A stretch of DNA of 64,000 nucleotides from Selaginella moellendorffii (Eukaryota > Plantae > Lycopodiophyta), in assembly GCF_000143415.4 (NCBI RefSeq), contig NW_003314265.1, forward strand, positions 882,405 through 946,404, read 5' to 3'. The stretch's first letter is position 1; the number at the start of each line of letters is the position of its first letter. A program made the position numbers and the translations under genes. Shown one piece after another: positions 60,319 through 64,000 of this stretch. The notes under the pieces are model-generated. The model had not been told where the DNA came from. It saw nothing but the letters and a program-made list of their open reading frames with translations, and made no database searches.

Positions 60319-61379
60319 AGCCACTCACCAAAACCCTAAGCCCTAGTATTAGTTAACGGCAAGAAAACTAATTTAGATTTAACCTGATTAATTAAGTTAA
60401 GACAAAGCTCTAGCTCTTTCCGTGCATTCATGGCTACGAGGATTCCCAAAACAAACTCATTTCCAGATGCTAGCGCCACTCCTCCGATTCCCGCAAGACC
60501 ATCCATTTATTTTAAAGTCAGTCACTCTCGCGCCACTTCGATCGATCGAGAAAGCCCCCTCTGGACAATCTCAATCTATGAACAGGCCACAAATCCAAGC
60601 AAAAGACACCATACCTTTTGAAATCAGGCAGCCTTTGGGTCCCTCTGATTGATAGCTAACCTTAGAGCCGAACAAGCTCGAAGAAAAAGGAAGCCATCCA
60701 TCCACGCGGCCAAATAATTCACGATCAAAACGGTCCTACGTCCTCTCCCCCCGTCTTCCATCCTACAAACAAAAACAAAGAACACGTAAGAACATCACTA
60801 TGAAACGAATTGCCAACGCGAAAAACGAAATCTTACCAGAAAATAAAAAGCTTTTTCTTTTTTTTTTTACCTTCACTGGAATCGTATTCTTCCATCACAT
60901 GGTGTCGATGGTACGAGCACCCAAAGAGCCTGAAACGACCATACTGCGATCCCTGCATTGTTCATGTGTCTTCTTCTGCTCGAAAGCCCATTTGCCTGGC
61001 CAGCTTTTCCCGAGGCCTGTAAAAAAGAATAAACAAACATAAGGCCGGTCGTGGGTCCAGTGAAGAGCTTATCTTTACGTCCCAGCAGCCTTTTTAAGCT
61101 GGAGCAGACCTCAAAGTCCAGAGCTACTCGTCTTCTCTCGTTCGTTGGCTGCACAGTTTTCCTTGGAGAGATCTCTCTTTCCTTGTTTCCTTGTTCTTCA
61201 TCGAGTCCTGACTCCTGCATGGTAAGATCATGAGATTCACGATTTAGAAAAGAAACTCGCGACGCAGCAACGGCTACGGCTTACCGGGAAGATCTAGATC
61301 TCGATCTCGAAGCGAGAGTGTTGACTTTTTCCGAGGTAAGTTTGCGAGCGCTTAAGGATTCGCAAGCTTCACCCAGGAC

Positions 61380-62039
61380 ATGGCTGTCCAAGTTTCTAAC
61401 ATCCTCAATGCGCCTCTGAAGCATCCACTCATCTCTTCTGGCCTGCTGCTCCTCTTTGTACTTCCGATTTTTTTCCAAGTCCTTGTCTACTTTGTTCCCC
61501 TCTTTCTCTCCACCGCTCTCTGCGTGGCTGCGCTTGTAACGCTCGGGCCGAGCTTCCAGGACGGCGAGCACACACCGCCTCAGAAGGACGATAAGTCCTG
61601 GCTGGGACGGATTAGATGCCTTCAGGAGAGTGCGAGAGTCTGGTGTGAATCTAAGTTGAAAATCGCAGAGAGCAATACCGAAGAATTGCCTGAGGAAGAA
61701 TGTCTTGACAGTCCAATCGTTAAAACCGAACACGAGAAACGAGTCCATCAATTAGAGCGCACCTTAAGATCGCTCTCCTTTGTATCCTATGAGGGGATTT
61801 TCGCGAGCGACGGGTCACTCATAGACATGGACGACTCGAGCTTCAACAATGATGGTGATGATGCTCCAAAAGCAGCAGAAAATGATGCTCAGCGAGCAGA
61901 AAATCAAACTCACACGGAGGAGCACGAAATCAATGACCCTCCAACAGATAGAGAAGCATCTGAAAATCAAGAGGAAACCTTGCCAGAGGACTCAACTTCA
62001 TGGCAACAGGTGGAGCATCCCGAAGCACAAAAAGTTTAG
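61380..62039 (+). CDS. Uncharacterised protein with N-terminal membrane hairpin and acidic tail
   Basis: 219-aa ORF with hydrophobic segment HPLISSGLLLLFVLPIFFQVLVYFVPLFLSTALCVAALVTLG. Confidence 0.7.
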   Translation: MAVQVSNILNAPLKHPLISSGLLLLFVLPIFFQVLVYFVPLFLSTALCVAALVTLGPSFQDGEHTPPQKDDKSWLGRIRCLQESARVWCESKLKIAESNTEELPEEECLDSPIVKTEHEKRVHQLERTLRSLSFVSYEGIFASDGSLIDMDDSSFNNDGDDAPKAAENDAQRAENQTHTEEHEINDPPTDREASENQEETLPEDSTSWQQVEHPEAQKV

Positions 62040-62329
62040 CAACTGATCGCTCATGTCAGTTCCAGGCAGTAGTCACTTCCAAAGATGCTGCTGCGTGTTT
62101 GTCAGCCAGTAAAACTGGCAGCTCCACACAGCAGGAAGTAGAAAATCTTTTTACCGCACCTTCTCATGTTTCTTCTTTTCGCAACTTCTCATGCATTCTA
62201 AGATCCAATCATACAGAACGCGAAGGATCAAAACGGTCACTCAGTCTGTTTGAAGTATCTAGCACCGCATGCATACAAAACTGAAGCAGGATAACTAGAA
62301 GATCAGGACGAGCATAAACTAGAATTTGT

Positions 62330-63091
62330 CTAGCTTGGAGCAGCAGGAGCTTCCGGAGGAGCTTCCGTAGGAGTAGCGCCAGCGGCAGATTCCTTAGGCA
62401 GCTCTTCGGGCAACGGAGGCTCGGGCCCCTGTGGATTGTTTTTAAGCAAGAAAGCAGCTAAATACTCGACTGGATTCGACGGCCTGGACAGAGACAAATG
62501 CAATGGGAAGCAAAACAAGAGAAAACCGACGAGAAACAAAGACTGGCTAGACTGCTAAGACCTCCCTTCACTGTGCACTGCTTATAGGAAGACGAGGAGT
62601 CAAAACCACGTACCTTTCAAGAACAAGGTGGTGCATGCCTTGCAATAGGAGAGGTACCACCGTTTTTTCCTATGAGAGATCGAAAACAAGGTAAATTCTC
62701 CAAACGAAACACGAAGAGGAAGACAAAGAGCTTACCAGGAATTGCCGCACGGACAGGGCTCTGATCTCTATCCTGTTTTTCAATTCCAATGCTGCCTGTT
62801 GAGCAGCTTCTCCCTGACAACCAGAATGAAAGGAACGATTTCTTCCCGAAAGGATGGATCGAGTGAAAGAGAAACGCACCTCAACCGGATCATCGAACCA
62901 GGTGCCTGTGAATGTCGGCTCCGGCGGCGGCGCCTCGGCCGCCTCTGGCAAGCAAGAACAACAGGGTGCTTGTCAGCATCGATTCCCAGCCTGCATTTCG
63001 TCAGGATCGATAGCTTCGGCAGTGAAATACCTACAGCCGCTGGCTCCGAGGCTGGCGGCGGGGGCGGCGTTGGAGCGGCCTTGGGCGCCAT
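62330..63091 (-). CDS. Dpy-30 motif protein (~137 aa, 5 exons)
   Basis: Spliced product ...LSVRQFL|EKTVVPLLLQGMHHLVLER|PSNPVEYLAAFLLKNN matches the Dpy-30 dimerisation motif; Pro/Ala-rich ends. Confidence 0.88.
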
Positions 63092-63219
63092 GGCTCTTCC
63101 CTCCCTGCGGTTTTCACGAAGAACGACGATCCTAGGATCACAGAATATGCGCTTTACGTTAGGGCTAATCACTTGACGGAATATTCGTTGCGAGTTGGCT
63201 TAGGGTTTAGGGCTTTGCA

Positions 63220-64000
63220 ATGCGAGTAACGGGGAAAATGCGCCGGGCGCGCGATCTTGCAGTGTGCAGCCGGATCTTCTCGACAATTCCTTCTGTGGAC
63301 GCGATTCCCAGCGAAATTCCAGTTGTGATTGTGGGAGGAGGCCCTGTCGGAATAACGCTCTCAATCCTGCTAAGCAAACTAGGTACCGTGATTCCTCAAT
63401 TCCCCATTTGGATTTACTTGAGTCGCTGGGTGGGCACAGGCGTGCAGTCTTTGCTCGTCGAGAAGAGATGCAAGCTCCCGGATCATCCCCAGGCGCATTT
63501 CATAAATAACAGGACAATGGAGGTAAGTTAACTCCACACTTTCCTCTTTTCTTTTCTTCTTCACTAGATTTTCAGGAGGCTTGACGGACTGGGATCGAAA
63601 ATCGAGGCTCTTCAACCTCCACTGGACCACTGGCGACGTTTTACATATTGCACTGCTCTTGATGGTCTAGTTCTCGGTGTTGTGGATCACATCCATCCCA
63701 AAGGCAAGCATTATTTCTTTGCTTTTTTCTTTGTGTGACTTGATGGTTTCTTTCTCATTGTTTTCTTTTTTCTAGACTTGACGAGCAATCGAAGTCCCAC
63801 AAATGTAGCTCATTTTTCGCAGCACCGTCTTCTTCCAATCCTCGTGGAGAACGCAACCAAATCGGGTGTTTCTTTGGATCCCATTTCCTTGCAACCAAAC
63901 CAGAGCAGCATTTTTATGGGCTACCAGTGTGACTCCATCCGATCTTCTCTCGACAAAGTCGTGGCAACGCTACGTCCTACCGGATCCACTGCCAGTGAGA
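63220..64000 (+). CDS. FAD-dependent monooxygenase, 5' part; CoqF/EMB2421-like (ubiquinone ring hydroxylase candidate)
   Basis: Mitochondrial-type presequence, VVIVGGGPVG, HPQAHFINNRTMEIFRRLDGL, WRRFTYCT, AHFSQHRL; telo-box at 63201-63208. Confidence 0.85.

Noticed and set aside
60763-60870. Intronic snoRNA near UTP18
   Set aside because: No convincing C/D or H/ACA box pair with a terminal stem.
62037-62075. TAG-CAA-CTG stop-codon readthrough context
   Set aside because: Imperfect CARYYA match, and the extension would be only ~10 aa with no evident signal.

Overview
Eukaryotic plant nuclear DNA. Very short GT-AG introns (about 45-70 nt), tiny intergenic gaps, a PLS-E PPR gene and a Dpy-30 gene suggest a compact lycophyte genome such as Selaginella; this is inferred, not proven. 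1-20.3 kb is an LTR-retrotransposon nest. It holds two copies of a short-LTR (~175 bp) Ty3/gypsy family with a tRNA-Ala-like PBS. The complete copy (6384-18364) has an apparent 7-bp TSD, an RT-core deletion, and a G_GGA_AAC slippery site plus predicted pseudoknot at the gag-pol junction. It is interrupted by a 7.5-kb non-coding element with 1.7-kb minisatellite-bearing LTRs (7162-14674, TSD CATCT). 20.9-37.9 kb holds an orphan frameshifted gene head-to-head with NEMF/Rqc2, then a complex rearrangement: a 2.9-kb inverted duplication plus a direct copy of the NEMF 3' end, creating a PPR::NEMF chimera. This block also carries an intact PPR gene, two copies of a plastid-type acidic protein gene and an intronless tail-anchored pseudokinase. 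37.9-64 kb is gene-dense: a large coiled-coil gene, tRNA-Ser(CGA), an 8-Cys secreted peptide, an XBAT34/35-like E3 ligase, G3BP/NTF2 next to a DUF1296 protein with an FGSF motif, a peroxisomal acyl-activating enzyme, a purple acid phosphatase, UTP18, a membrane protein, a Dpy-30 protein and a CoqF-like FAD monooxygenase running off the window end. All calls were made by eye with no database searches.
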